Positions 26,501 to 41,500 of a stretch of 64,000 nt of DNA are shown here, piece by piece. Made by a program: the position numbers and the translations under genes. Source of the DNA: Heterodontus francisci (taxonomy: Eukaryota); the NCBI RefSeq assembly GCF_036365525.1, contig NC_090412.1:16232963-16296962 (forward strand), given 5' to 3'. Every line of letters begins with the position of its first letter. Position 1 is the stretch's first letter. The notes beneath the pieces are model-generated. The model searched no databases. It saw only the letters and a program-made list of their open reading frames with translations, and was not told where the DNA came from.

Positions 26501-29500
26501 AGAAGGGTCGAAAATCAGACGACACCAATTTAAGGTGATTGGCAAAAGAACCAAAGGTGATGTGAGGAAAACCTTTTTTCTTTAAACGCAGCGTGTGGTT
26601 AGGATCTGGAATGCGCTGCCTGACAGTGTGGTGGAGGCAGATTCAATCATGGCTTTCAAAAGGGAAATACTAAGCCCCTGAAGAGAAAACAAAAATTACA
26701 GGACTACAAGGGCAGGGGAGTGGGACTAGCCGAGCTGCTCTTGCAGAGGCCCGCGCTGACACAACAAGCCAAATGGCCTCCTTCTGTGCTTTAACTATTC
26801 TATGATATTATTCCATGATTTTATTCTATGATTCTAAGAAAAATAAAATTTCAAAATCCTCTTGTGGTGTGAAAGACAGAATAGGAACTGTCCTATATTT
26901 CTGGGCACCGCAGGCCAATTTCCTTCCTTCAGTCTGTCCTGTATAAAATCACTCTTTCTAGGCAGAGCACAAGCACAGCTGCCACTTTAAGTCATGCTTT
27001 GTGTGAGCAAAGGAAAAGCTGAGTGCGAGTCGCCAATTACAGTGGGCCAAACGTAGAGATGCCTGAAGTTACACAATGGAATCTATAGTTCTAAAGCATG
27101 TCCTGGGCAGAAGTTACTTTAAGTGTGAACACATATTTTCAAACTGGGGTAATAAAAGCAAAACACTGCAGATGCCGGAAATCTGAAATAAAAACAAAAA
27201 TGCTGGAAATACTCAGCAGGTCTGGCAGCATCTGTGGAGAGAGAAGCAGAGTTAATGTTTCAGGTCTGTGACCTTCTGTTCAGTTATTCTCTGTGACCCT
27301 CTGTCCTATCAACACCATCCCTTTTGTTATCTTCTGCCCCACCCCCACTTTATTTGCTTAAAACCTACTATATTTCTAACCTTTGCCAGTTCTGATGAAA
27401 GGTCACAAACCTGAAACATTAACTCTGCTTCTCTCTCCACAGATGCTGCCAGACCTGCTGAGCATTTCCAGCACTTTTGTTTTTATTTTAAAACTGGGGA
27501 TTGAGTTTGGCAAACTGAGTGACCCCTAACTGTACATTTGAAGTACTTTTAACCCAAACTTTCCCATCTTACCAATGTCCAAAATAGGGCAATGACAAAG
27601 AGTTCTAACAAACGTAACAATCAAAAGCAATACTTTCAATGTGAAAACAGTCAAGATAAATCTCGACTTCAAATACTTCCATTTATAAATATTAACAGAA
27701 TACACACTATAGCCACTATTAACAAGATATCTAACTAAGATAAATAACTATGAAATCTTGTCCTTGAACATTTTAATAACTACCATAAGACTACATGACA
27801 AAAATATGGTTAGCACACATTTTGATTTAATTATCTGTCTCTACAGTAATGTCTTCCACATTTAGGTTACGATTCCTTGGTATTTTTTCCATTATTGCCA
27901 AAAGGTTTACGTGAGGTTAGTAAGTAGGGAAAAACAAAACATATTCAGAGTATTCATTAAAACTAAATGCTTTTAACAGCAGGTAATTTATATTTGCTTA
28001 ATGTAATTTAGCTCATGATTATAACTGAAAAGAAATGCTGAGCTAATCTTTTCCATATTGACCAAGTTAAAAGCTGCACAGCACCGAGTACAGTAACGAC
28101 AGTCTGGGAGACATTAAACTTAAGTTCTGTAATATTTTGTACATTAGAATAGTTTGAGCAAAAAATGAGGCAAAAGTGAGGTACCATTAGACTCCTGTAA
28201 ATTGCTCTCCAGCTAATTTTAAGTTTTTCATTACTTACGGATTTTAGATTATTTTCCATAATGTGCCAATTCGGCTCCATAACCTCAAACATCATGTAGT
28301 ACTGAATGTTCTGCACAAAATTCAGCATTCGCTGTCTCAAGGTGAAAGCTGCCGCAAACCTAAAGGATAAAGCAATATTCATGGTGAACTTCTGGAATCT
28401 GAACCATTAAAACCCAATGGATAGAATCTGCAGGCTAGGGACAAAAAGGTGACAAGCTAAGAAGATTGATTCTTTCCGTAACTTCCTCACGATATAATTG
28501 GTTACACGATTTATGTACCAATTTTTGTTTCAAGTTAAAATGGTTTTCCCCCATTTTTTTTCTCATAAGAAAGCCCAGAGTCAAATATCCTTGTAAAAAA
28601 AAGTTACCCGAAACTAGAACATCTAAGTGGAATGAATTTTGGCTCAGTGGTAACTTTCCCACTTGAGTCAGAAGACTACAGGTTTGGGCCCCACTTCAGA
28701 CAATGTCGGCAAGATCTCTGAATACTGAGCTAACATCCGGCGGGAGACACGCTTTTGATGGGAGTGGAGTGACTCCACGCCGGCAAGCAGGGGACCAGAG
28801 CTCCAGCATCCAAATACTGGATTGATATCCACATGGCACTTCTGTCCAATGAGAATGGCAACATGTGGCAACATCTCCCCCCACCACCCCTACTTTGTAT
28901 CCAGCCAGTTTGCCTAGTAGAGAGTTGAGTCTGACTAACAAGCTGCCCATTTATAAAGGGACTTTGTATAGGGAACGGTTGACACGTGCTGTTTGACAAG
29001 GAAGAGAATAAGAGTATGACATTCAAGTTATCAATGAAAACAAATGTCATCAATTCAGAATTCATGCCTTCACAAAAGTGCAGTGTTGCAGTCCAGCCTT
29101 TAAAAGGTTAAAATGCTTTTGAGGAAAATATATTTTGCATATTGGGCTTGAAATATCTGTAACAGTGTTTGAATACAGAGTAATTCACATCATGAATACA
29201 TATTTCTACATTGTGACTAACTTCAACTTAGAAATAATTGAATAAACATGGTTAGCATTAAGAACAACTGTAGGCAATAATATCTCAAAACAAAAAAGAC
29301 AGCATGACAGCTTAAATTGAATATTCGTCCAATTATAGGTCTCAAAAGAATTCTCAGACATTTTCTTGGGTTTCGCCCCATCTGCCGCCATAATTATGGC
29401 AACTGATTGGTTGAACCCAAGGAAATTTCCACTTGTGTGATATGAAGTTTGAGCCACACCTTATATTCTGTGCAGATGGCTTTGATGGAGCTCATTAAAT

Positions 29501-32500
29501 ATTTTGGGCGGATAATGCCACAAGGTTTCTCAATTTACAGAAAACATCTGCTCAATGGAATTCTCGCGTAAGAACTGCAATTTTTAAGGTTGGTTTCAAT
29601 CAGCTACAGTGCATTTATATTATTCAAATTTGCTATCTATCAATTCACATAATATTTAAACAAAATGGTCAAAAAAACTCAAACAGCATTTTGATAAGTA
29701 AATCTATATCTCTTTATAATCTTACCCATGCTCTTCTAACAAGCTAAATCTACTATTTTACATTTTCCATATTATAGATAAGTGCATTTTAAAGGACAGT
29801 TTTGTCATGATAAAAGCATTATTGCTCAGAGTATTCACTGATCATGTGAGCCCATACCCTAATTTTGTGCATGTTACACAAATTGCAAGTCCATTAGATC
29901 TGTGAAGTAAACTGAAATGATGCTGTACTCACTTAATACTGTTTATTTGTAAAGTTCCACTGGCAGAAAACTGGCAATGTAGCATAATTCAAAAGGATCT
30001 GAACATTGGGAAATTGGATTATGAATCAGCATGCCCACAGACAGAGGCTCACAGCTCTTGGAAATATACTGCTCTTGTCGCAAAGCTATAATGCAGGAAA
30101 CATTGAGAATGCATGGTACAATTTTTAAATATATTGTATATCATTGTTCTAAAACATCATACCTACCATTTAGCAGAATGTAATGAATACTGTTTTGCAA
30201 CTTTATTACTGATCCACACATTGCACAGCTGCCGTTCCACATGTTTACAGTAAAACATATGTCTGAAGAGCATTTGATACCTAGTCAAAGCTTTCCTATT
30301 GAGAATAAATAAACGGATAGTGAGCTGACAGAAATACAACTCTAGAACTAGAAATAAGATCTTTATTGGCAACATTCATTGAAACAAATACATAAAGCCT
30401 CTTTTGCACAGAAGTTTGGAATACATCTATAGCCTTGTGTTTTCAAGATGTAAGCATATAACTTTACACTGCAGTAAATTTGCAACCCCAACAAAACACA
30501 TAACTAAACACTTCATTCTGTCAAGTTATTTTTGCTAATGCTATCTAGCATTTTGCCACACAAAGTAATTTTATGCAAGGTTGGAGAAATCACCTATGGT
30601 TTAATAGACCATAATAATGGCCCTCTTCAGCATTTATTGTGAAAGCATCCGAATTTGACACAAGTTAAAATTATGCTATTATTTACTATTAAAAAGTTAT
30701 TTATAACTGTCTGTACTTAACATTTTAAGATTACACAAGTGTGAGCTTCCTCATTCTTTGAATATAGTTCATTTTCCATGTACAAAATCAATACTCTACC
30801 AAACAACAGGAGAAAAAAAAAGGAAACTTGGGTATTTTCCCCTTTAAGAAATTCACTCGCAGCATTTAAGGGCCATTTTGGCTTCAATACCATCATATAT
30901 AGGAGCCTAGTACTGAGCTACACTGTGACCAAAAGCAGCAGCACAGCAATAATGTTTCGAAGTCAAAAGCACAAAAACATGACAAGCAACTACAAGCTGC
31001 ACATGCCCGAGAACAGAATTGAAGGCAAGAAAGGCAGTCTTTATAAGGAGACTCAATTGGATTCAAGGCATGAGGGGACTGTCACATACTTATTTCATGT
31101 AATGTAACGTAACATTCTTCCTCACTCATTCATTTATCCTCCACCCAACAAGTCAATTATGCCCAACATATAAAACAAAATCTTGAAGGTAGGAAACTGA
31201 AACATTGAGGCTAGCTTGGAGCAGAGCACTTGTCAGCTTGATCAGTCAGATCAAGACAATAATGCTTAATGAAAATAAGTTCATCATTCCAAATGGATAC
31301 CTTGCAGATAGCAAGAAGGGAAGCTTTCCATATATTAATCAGACCTCAATTAAAATAATTTCTAACTTTCTCTTTGGTTCTTGACCAAGAACAAATGACA
31401 AATAAATTCTGCCTCCATAACTGTCACAACATTTCAAAAGGAGTTCAATATTTGAAGCACTTTGAGAAGCTTGAGACACAAGAAAGGTGCTATATGATTT
31501 TTTCAATCCGATTTCCCAATCGCTGCTTTGTGTTAGAATTTACTTATGGTTTTTGCTACAAGCAAAATGCAAGACTCCCTAGACTGTTGCTGTTCTTAAT
31601 TTTTAATTTCAGTATAAAGGATTAGTGAACCTTGTGCATTGGTGCAGATCCACTATTTGATATTAAGTTAAAGCAGTCAAGACATTTTAAATCAGAAATT
31701 TCAAATCCTACAAAAACAAATCTGTGAAATACATCAAATACAAGTTTATTTAGTAAGAGACTCAAATTCTAGATAGGCATTTACTGCCAAACTTCCCAGG
31801 TACCTTTAATGACCCTGAATTCCATTGAGTATCTGCCAACTGAATTTCCTGCCAGACAGATGATTGCTGGCATATGAATTCTCAGTGAGCCGGGTGACAG
31901 ATCCTGCCTGGAAATCAGTCAGAAAGCTGAAATGTCACAGCATAATGTGCTGCGGTCAAAAAAAATCCCGGCAACAGATTGCGAATCTTTTCCACTGATA
32001 TCATGGTTTTATAAAAAATGATTTAAGTTGTTAATAAAATATATAAATACCACTGCAATGAAAACTTTCAGACTAGCTTCAATGCTACTTCATGGTCAAT
32101 ATGATAAATTAAAGAATTTTTGATTTATCAAGATCTGTGCTAACCTAAATCTGAAATGGTCTATACTTTCTTTTTAACAAAATCTAAAATGGCTGCTCAG
32201 AGATGCTTTATCTGGCTTTCCGATCATGTAATTCCTATATCTAGATGTGGATTGGGTTGTTTTTTTGGGAACAGGTTTCACAATATTGTGGTTTCAGACA
32301 CTTAAATGTTAAGTCAGCTAACTTTCCAGACAATCTGTGTTTACCTTCCCATTAGCAGTGGAGTCTATGATATTATAGTCTAATCTTAGAAAAAGAATCT
32401 ACAATATTGTCATCTATCAAAATAGCATAAGTACTTGTATCACAATTGACTGACAGTATTATAATCAAAACAAAATTCATGCTTTAAAACAAGTGGATCC

Positions 32501-35500
32501 TGCTTTTGGGTTTTCAAAAGTTGCTCAACTGCAGAGCTGCTGAGAATTCTGCTCACCTGTTTAAATCCCACATTCTACCTGAAACAGGAGTCGATTATCC
32601 CGAGAGATTATAAGAGCAACCAGTTCTTTAAGTGGATATTCTAATTGTATGTATTGTCAATTATTCCTTGTGCTGTGTAGCATATGTCTAATATCTTTAT
32701 CTTGTGAATTATTTAAATATAAACAAATTTGATTAGTCATTTTCGCATGCGCAAATCTGACTGAACATATATTTTCCATTAAGTAGACTATGGACACATT
32801 AGAAATCCTATTTAAAGTCCAGTGTGTGGTTTACTGTAATCAATACTAATGGTTCTGAGACGGAATACATCGTCTCTACAAGGAAGTGGGAGGGGGTGGG
32901 GGGGGGGGGGGAAAGGTACAGATTCCAGAATGTAACAAGTGAATCAATTATGGAATCTAAAATCAGGTTGTGACAATGTGAAGACTCTGCACAAATCAGG
33001 CAATACAAGACACACTGAAGGAGGACTGGCAATACTGTGCTTAACCCCATTCCTTTCTCAAACATTAGAACTCTTCACTATTGTATGCTCCCTTATTTAA
33101 TAGCCCATTTAAGAATTGACAGTGAGCCAAACCAGACAAATTCAAGTGACACCCAGCTTTGGGCCTTGAACTTGAAACTATCTGTTGGTAAACTTTTTAA
33201 GTTATTCATGCAATATTATATGAAACATTAGGCTTAAAGTAATTCATGCAACATTCTCAGTAATAGCCTTAACTGTTTTGGTCCACTTCAGATTAATCTT
33301 TTTAATCAGCAATACTAGATTTTCTTTTGCACTTTTATTCACTCACACCGGATTTCCTCGGCAGTGTAAACAAAAAAGGAAATTGTATCTGTAGAGTCCC
33401 TCATCAGATCTTCAAGATGTGCCGAATCACTTTTAAATCAGTGGATTACCTGTCAGCTGTAATCAGTTCTTATGTGGGAATATGTAGCAATCAATTTGTG
33501 CGTTGTAGCATCCCATGAAAAGCTGAGCAATGATTTTACTTCTGTGTAGTTTTGGCTGAGCTAGAAATGTTGGATATGACACCTGAAGAATTTCCTGCTC
33601 TCCTATGAACATTGGTATGGGATATTTTATGTCCACTTGAGTAGACAGATAAGGCCTCTATTGAATGCACCAGCTGAAAGATGACACCTCCACCACACAG
33701 CACTTCCTCAGTAATGCACTACATTGTCAGCTTAGATTTTGTGCACAAGTCTATAGTGAGTCTTGAACCTACAACCCTGGATCCAAGGCAAAACAGTTAC
33801 AAATTGAGTAAAACTGATATTCATCTCAGCTAGTAAACAGCATTTCTTCTGTACAGCTGCAGTGATCAGACATATTTGTGTCCCAATCAAATAAAGCTAA
33901 ATGAGGAGAGCTTTGCTGGTAGGCTTGCATGCTGCATTGTAGCTAGACATGACCAATTACCTATTTATAATCAACGAAAGTGGCCATTTCACAACATAAT
34001 CAAAGGAGAAAGCTTCCAGGCCACTAAGAGCAATCTCTGTTGGATCTGCATTGATGATGGCCTTTTCCTGTTTGGTTTCAATCGCCAGAACCCGTAGGAG
34101 CTGAGTGATGAGATCATGTGGCATAAGATTAATCTGCAGAAGAATAAAATTATTACTTAGTTTAATTTACCAGATCCAAAGTGGCATCATTAACGCAATG
34201 AATTGGCAGAGGAAGCCATTTAGGATTTTGGTGAATGCAACAGTTTAGTAATATAGTTTTAGTCATAGTTTTAACAGATTTAAGACTACTCAATGAATAC
34301 GTGCTTTGGAAAGGTACATAAGTACAACAGATCTTAAATATCTAGGCAGATACATAAAAAACGTAGACATTTAATTTCTTCTTTGTTTACAACACAATCT
34401 TTAAACAGGTGATCATAGCGCGAGAAAGTTTTTTTTTTGAGTTCCAGAAAGCCCAGAAAGATGAGAAATTTGTAGGAAAGCAGTCAGTTGGGAGTTTGGA
34501 ATTGTTTGCGGAGGGAGGGAATAAATTAACTGTTACTTCAATCAGTTAATTTCTTACAGTAGCAAATCACAGAAACAGGTCATTCAACCTATTAATTTGG
34601 TACTGTTTTTCTCCATGAGTCACGTCTGCTCACTTTCTTCAGGGTTCCTTCTTTTTTCAAGCAACTAAGTTTCTTAAAATAATTTATGGGCTCTGGTTTG
34701 TGGCAAAGAATTCTACATTCTAATCAACCCCTATGTAAAGATGTTTTCCTAATCCATCCCCTTTAATTCTTGTTGCAACTATCTTAAATTGATGCTGTCT
34801 CCAACCAATAGAAACAATTCATTACTATTTACCTCATCACGACCCTTCATAATATCAAAAAAAATCTATTACGTCATCCCTTAACTTTCTCAGCTCTAGT
34901 GAAAAATATCCTAGCTTCTCAAGTTTTTCTTCAGAACTGTATCTCCTCATCCCTGGTAATATGCTAGATAATTTACACTGCTCTTTTCCAATGCCCTGCC
35001 TACAGGGGAGGCGGTGGCATAGTGGTAATGTCACTGGACTAGTAATCCAGAGGCCCAGGCTGGTACTCTGGGGACATGGGTTCGAATTCCACTACGACAG
35101 ATGGCGAAATTCGAATTCAATTAATAAATCTGGAATTAAAAAGCTAGTCTAATGGTGACCATGAAACCATTGTCGATTGTTGTAAAAACCCATCTGGTTC
35201 ACGAATGTCCTTTAGGGAGGAAAATCTGCTGTCCTACATGTGACTCCAGACCCACAGCAGTGTGGTTGATTCTTAACTGCCCTCTGAAATGGCCTGGCAA
35301 GCTGCTCAGTTCAAGGGCAATTGGAGATGGGCAATAAGTGCTGCCTGAGCCAGCGACGCCCACATCCTACAAACCAATAAAAAAAAAATGGGGTGTCAAA
35401 CTGTACACAACACTCCAACAATGGCTTAACGTCTTGTATAAGATCAACATCATCATCTTACTTTTGCATTCTGTGCATCTAGATGAAAAAAAATCAAGAA

Positions 35501-38500
35501 TTCTATTTCCTTTTGTGGCTTTATTTCTTTGTGTTTCATCATTAAATGCCTGTGTACCTACACATCCAGGTCCCTCTGCTGCTCTTCTCCATTTAAAATC
35601 GTACCATTTCAGGTGCATTTCCTTCCGCTATTCTTATTTCCGAAATGTATTCCTTAGCACTTTTTAAACATTGAACTGCATCTGTCACATATCTGCTTAT
35701 TTCGCTAGACCATGTCCTCCCTGCAGTTTTACACAATCCTCATCCCAACTTGCCATAGACTCTTGTTTGGTATCAGCAAATATCAATATTGCTCTTGATT
35801 CCTACGTCCAAATTGTTTACCTAAGAACTAAGTGGATCCAATACCCCTGTGGAATACAGCTTCCAATATTTCCAGTCAGTGAAACTTACTTTTATCCCAA
35901 CAATTTGCTTTCTGCCCTAAATATGGAAACAAATGCTAAGCCCTGTACAAGGTGAATTCCAATGTATTCCTTACATTAATTGTGGCAATGTATCACCTGA
36001 TCTTCCCAGTTACTAATCCATAACCTTAAGGTATGCTTGAGTGTGGAATCTGAATTTCTAATAACACAGGACTTAAGTCAGAGAACTAACAATCATTCTT
36101 ACATGGACCTGTTGCATGAGAGACAGGATAACCTCCAGTGTTAGTTTCTTGTTGGGGGCAAAGCCAAGATCAAGGAGTAAAGCAAAACCTATTTTATCGA
36201 GTTCAATGATCAATATAGCTGAGCCTGCTCTGTAATCAATTGTCCTTCTTGCCTTCCCAGTCATGCACTATTACCTAGGTAGGAGGATGGAGTGTCAGTA
36301 GAAAACAGATGCGAGAGTTTTATCACTGGTTTTTCTGTCGGAGGGGAAGGGTTGTGGGGGTTAAGCAGGTTAATTACTGGGTATAAAAGGGGTTTGGCAT
36401 AAATAGCTTGCTAACATTGAATATAATTCTGGTACATAGGCCTTCAAAACTGTTAAAGCAGTCAACCCTACTATCGCCTATTCTAATGTAGAACTTACTC
36501 AGATACACACAATACAATGGTTTCAATATTCCCTAAATGCATGTCAAGTGAATAACAGCAATAGTTTGTTTTTGGCACAGAAATTAGACAGCACTGTTCA
36601 AAAGGTTAAAATTGTTATAAGATTCGGCTTATAATCCTGCCGAGCACACTGTTAATGGAGCTTTATTCTGAACTCATCACAGTTAAACTTTTTTCCATGA
36701 CCGTTACATTTACAGGAGTTATTTTAAACCCAAGGTTCCATTAATTATGTTCCAACACACCTTCAAATCATCTTTAAATGGGTCAGTGTTGGCAGTGCTC
36801 ATTCTCAGTGCCAGCTCCAGCAGGGCTTCCAGTCTGGTGGGAATTATGTCATCTACTGACTTTTTTAATTCCTCTTCTGTAAGGTCCATGAAGTGGACAA
36901 AGAAATCTCCTTGGTCCATCAGGAAGTAGTGTTTTATTGACCTGGAGAAATAATAATTGACACAGCAAGCATTTTACTGAAGAACCATATTGATGAATGC
37001 ATGCTGTTTTTATAGTGCAATACAGCATAATGATAATTAACAAGCATAAAGCCTGACTAAGGACGACTTAAAATACATTTGGAAGCAATTTACCCAGTCT
37101 TATTATGTTAGCATAGAACACGTAATGAAATACAGCTTTTGACAATGTGCACTAGAATTAATTTGCATCAAAACTTCTTCAGCAATATCCTCTACCAGAC
37201 AACAGGTCACAATCAAAAGGGCTTCCAAACAGATTAGGCATCATTAGAACAGAGACAGAATGGGTTACACCACCAATCATCACACTGCTAAATTCAGTTA
37301 ACTAAGTGCAACATCAGAAACCTGTCTGAGATAATAAGACACAATCAATTTTCATGTCTCAAATTCAGACTAATACTACAGAAACAAGTTAATAACGTGT
37401 AGTGCTTTTAAGCATTGCATTTTAACAATATCTACCTATTAAATGCCTGAACTTCCAAAGGTTTCTCCTTTTAAAACAAATTTTAACTTTTTTATGTATG
37501 AATATGAGCATAGGGCATGAGGACATTTATATGGCTTGAAAAATATATTACTATAATCTGTTCTACTTGTAACAGTCTCGTTTAGCATGGAAACTTTTTT
37601 GGGACGTTTAGTTCTCAAACCACATTACTCTTCTTAGAGGATGCTAATGTTGCTCTAATTGGACAGTTAATACCGACCAACATGATACCTTTCATCAATC
37701 ATGACATTTTGCTGAGGTAACAGTCTCATGATAATAATCTGCAGGGCTACGGACCAAATGCTATAAGGTGGTATTAGAATAGGTGTATTGTTTTTTGGCT
37801 GGCACAGACACGATGGGCCAAGTAGCCTCTTTCTGTGTCTTAAATTTTCTATGATTCTGTTCGATGAACAAACACCGCCCATCGAACGTTTAAACCGCCT
37901 TTGACAAAAAGCCTATCAATAGCACTTGGCCGAGCAGAACAACAGGCTTTTATTTAGAAGGGAAGTGGCTTTCCAATGTTAAAGCTTCAAGAACACACCA
38001 ATGTTATTCTTCATATTATAAAAAATAAATCTAATACTTTAACTTGCATTTGGTATACGCAGTTAAGGATTGCTATATTGGAGAAGTCATAAAACAGATT
38101 GCTGGCTATAGTGGACAAAAGAATGCTGCACCACTCAGTCATAAAGGGATTCTACTAATACATCTAACTTACAGCGTAAACGTGAAATCAGAAATTTTGT
38201 GAAGTTCTTACTGTATAAACTTCATATTCACGCTTAGTGGTTCAAGAGGAATATTTATTGGTATTTAATACATTTTTAACACAAATCTGTATGATGATAA
38301 TAAAGAAGCCCAGATGTATGGATCATGTTACCAAGAACCAACATTTGGATTGCATACAAGCCACAGGGATTTGTCAAATAGTTCTCCCACCTCCCTGAAA
38401 AAAGTCACCCCATCAAATGAAGAATGGTATTCACCAGGCTGTCTCAGCCGAAAACAGAATGTATTCCATAGTTATATTGTTTGGGTGGAGTTCCAATTGT

Positions 38501-41500
38501 AACTTTACTTAAAAACAAAAACTGATTTTTTAAAAAGTGTCAAATTTGATTATGTGGAACAAAAGACATGACAGTGAGTTTTAATTCTGTGCAATAGTTG
38601 AACCCATATTTTGTAAAGTTTTTTTTCTGGCCTTATTAATTAAATCACAGAGCAAAAACTTCAACCCTGCATCCTTGACTCTAATGAACCACAACCTGTT
38701 GAGAGAGAAAACTGGTCCAGTGAAATGTTTCTTTATCCCCCATAAAAGCCATTTTTGAGTCGGTGACTACTCATTTCTGAGTAAACATCCCTTCTATATT
38801 CTTAAAAGGTTACACAGATACTAATGATACAAGTTGATCCCCATCAGGGAACTATGAAATGCACAATTAATTCCATTCGTGGGAATAACATAACACACTA
38901 AATGGCTTAGTATTTTAGAGCTCTCCCACGGGAGCACTGGCTGTGCAATCTACTAGATTGCACATGCATAGTACAAAGTAGTGCTGTTAAACCAAACTGG
39001 GAAATTAAGAACCATTTTATGACAATTCAAATACCGTAGGCAACAAACATAAGAAAACAGTTCCTTTTTCAATAAACTATTTGAGGCCTTGTACCTGAGT
39101 CGTGCCAGGAGTTCTTTTTCCTTCATTAAGAAGTCTAATAGGACCTTGCTGGCATAGTTGTAAGATTTTTCAATTTGTTCCACGTATGCTCTTTCCTTCA
39201 GAGTATAGATCACTTCCTTGGCATCAGGACAGGTCACATCACGACCACATTCTCGAACAACATTAAGATATTTTCCTACAGGAAAGAGAAACAAAGTTCT
39301 TTACCTTCAGACTGACTGGCCAAAATAAGTTACTTCACTTCTTTCTTATAGGACATTGTTCTGTCCTTGGGCCATCCAGTCCAGGATGGAGGAACAACAA
39401 ATTTCGAGGTGCGTTTGAGCGAAAATAACTGATTAAAATTTGATCAAGCAAAGGAGAAAAAATATAATGAAATTCTTGGTCTGTGCTTTCTTTAAAACGG
39501 GAAGGAGGGATTAGACAGCAAGGGAGATTTTCCACTTCCGAGCTCCTGCAGCACATCAGGAAATTGCACACCCTTAGCCAGTGATTTTCCGTCTGTTGAT
39601 TTTAACGAAAGCTACAGGCTAAGTTGTGCTATCATGTACCCCTGGTGTGAAACAGAGTATCTCTCATAATGTGTCTTGGGGGCAAAATACCTGAATCCCA
39701 GTAATTTTTTCTGGAGAAAGACTGGTCACTGTTTATAACTGAATTGTAAATATGTTTCTTTAAATACTGAACAATTTTCTTGCTGTATCTAACCTGAAAC
39801 ACAACGATGACAAGAATTGTCTAAGGACATGTGCAATGTTTACCCCTGGCTATACTAGTACTTTGGTGCCTTTAAAAAAAAAAATTTATATAAATGTGAA
39901 AGATGCCCAGAATTTAGAGAAAAATCCCAATTAACAGCACCTTTGGAGCAAAACATGTTTAAACAGAGTTTGCACTTTAGACGCAATCAGCAGTTTGGGT
40001 GCCAATTGTGCTAGTTTTGAGAAGTGTTCCTTCTTCTCAGGTTTCTGCTCAAAAGCCAAACGTAAAACCTACCATGAACCAGCAAAATCGGGTAACTTTT
40101 TAGCAAGAAATGTTTCAAAAATTGCTTTCAAAATATTCCTCGATACACTTAAGAGCAGTATCCAGTTGCAGTTTGATTAATACAGCTGAAATGGGTTTAT
40201 CACAAAAAAAGTATTGTTCAATGTCTAGGCCACCACCTGTGAATAATCTGATTATAAATAACTAGAAATAACTTTTTTTTAAAAACATACAGGACCATTT
40301 GCTAGTTACAGTGTATGGTAGTCAGTTTCTAAGTAAATTGAAATTATATTCAAAAGTTTTTAAAATATGCCCATTAGTGTCCTTATCCTTTTAAACAAAA
40401 ACAGCTCAATTTTTTTTTTTACAGGCTCCTTGATGGTGATTAATTTGATCTTGGGGCGTGGCCAGTTTTGTGTGCTTCTAGGGCAATGCTTCTTAATCGA
40501 ACACAAAAGATTACAGAAACTCAATTTACTCCACATGCAATTTTGCACTTAAAATTCCACAATCTTTCAGCTGGTTTGGCCGATTTTGGGTGAATTGTAC
40601 TGAAGAAAACCAGCACAACTTAGCAGAAACTCCTGCTTTTTAATTAAAAGTTATGAGTTGAATTAATAACAGGAGCTATAAACAAGGCAGGTTACATCTG
40701 TGGATCTTGTTGGGGAAAGGGAAAGAGGGGATTTTTCCCGTAACTATAACAGAATTCATAAAGGGCACGTATCTACATCAGAAAAGGACATTTGAAAATT
40801 TAATTTCCTTGGAGATTCTATCAGCTTTTTACAACACAAGGACATGAAGCAAGTCTTCCCTGTTTTTGTTTTAAATGGAAGTTTATTAAGTGGAACTAAG
40901 CCCAAAATAAAGTCTGTTCCTAAGGTTTCTTTTTCAAAAAGATTTCATTTTCTCAGTCCCTGCAGTCAAAACATGCAACTATTTTGTCTTCCTAGTTGTC
41001 ATGCTAGTTCTTTCCTGCTAAGAATTATGGACAAAAGCAACATTACTGAAGACTAATACTAAACTTATGTTGTGCAGCCCCCATCCAGGAAATCTTTCTC
41101 TGCAGCTAGATCACATAAAAGGCTGGTTAACAAAATTGAGGCTCATGAAACAGGAGGGTCAGTGTCAGCTTGGATAAAAAAAATTAGCTCAAGGACAAAA
41201 AAACAGTGAGTTTTGGTAAATGGTTGTTCTTCAGACTGGAGGATGGTAGACAGTGGTGTTCTCCAAGGTTCAGTGTTAGGACCACTGTTTTTTTTGATAT
41301 ATATATATATATATATATAAATGACTTGGATATTGGAATGGAGCGCAACATTTCAAAATTTGCCAATGATATCAAACTTGGAAGTGTGGTAAACAGTGAG
41401 GATGATACAAATTGACTGCAACAGGACATGTTTAGGCTAAGAGAATGGGCAGACAAGTGGCAGATGGAATTTAATACAGAGAAGTTTGAAGTGATGTATT

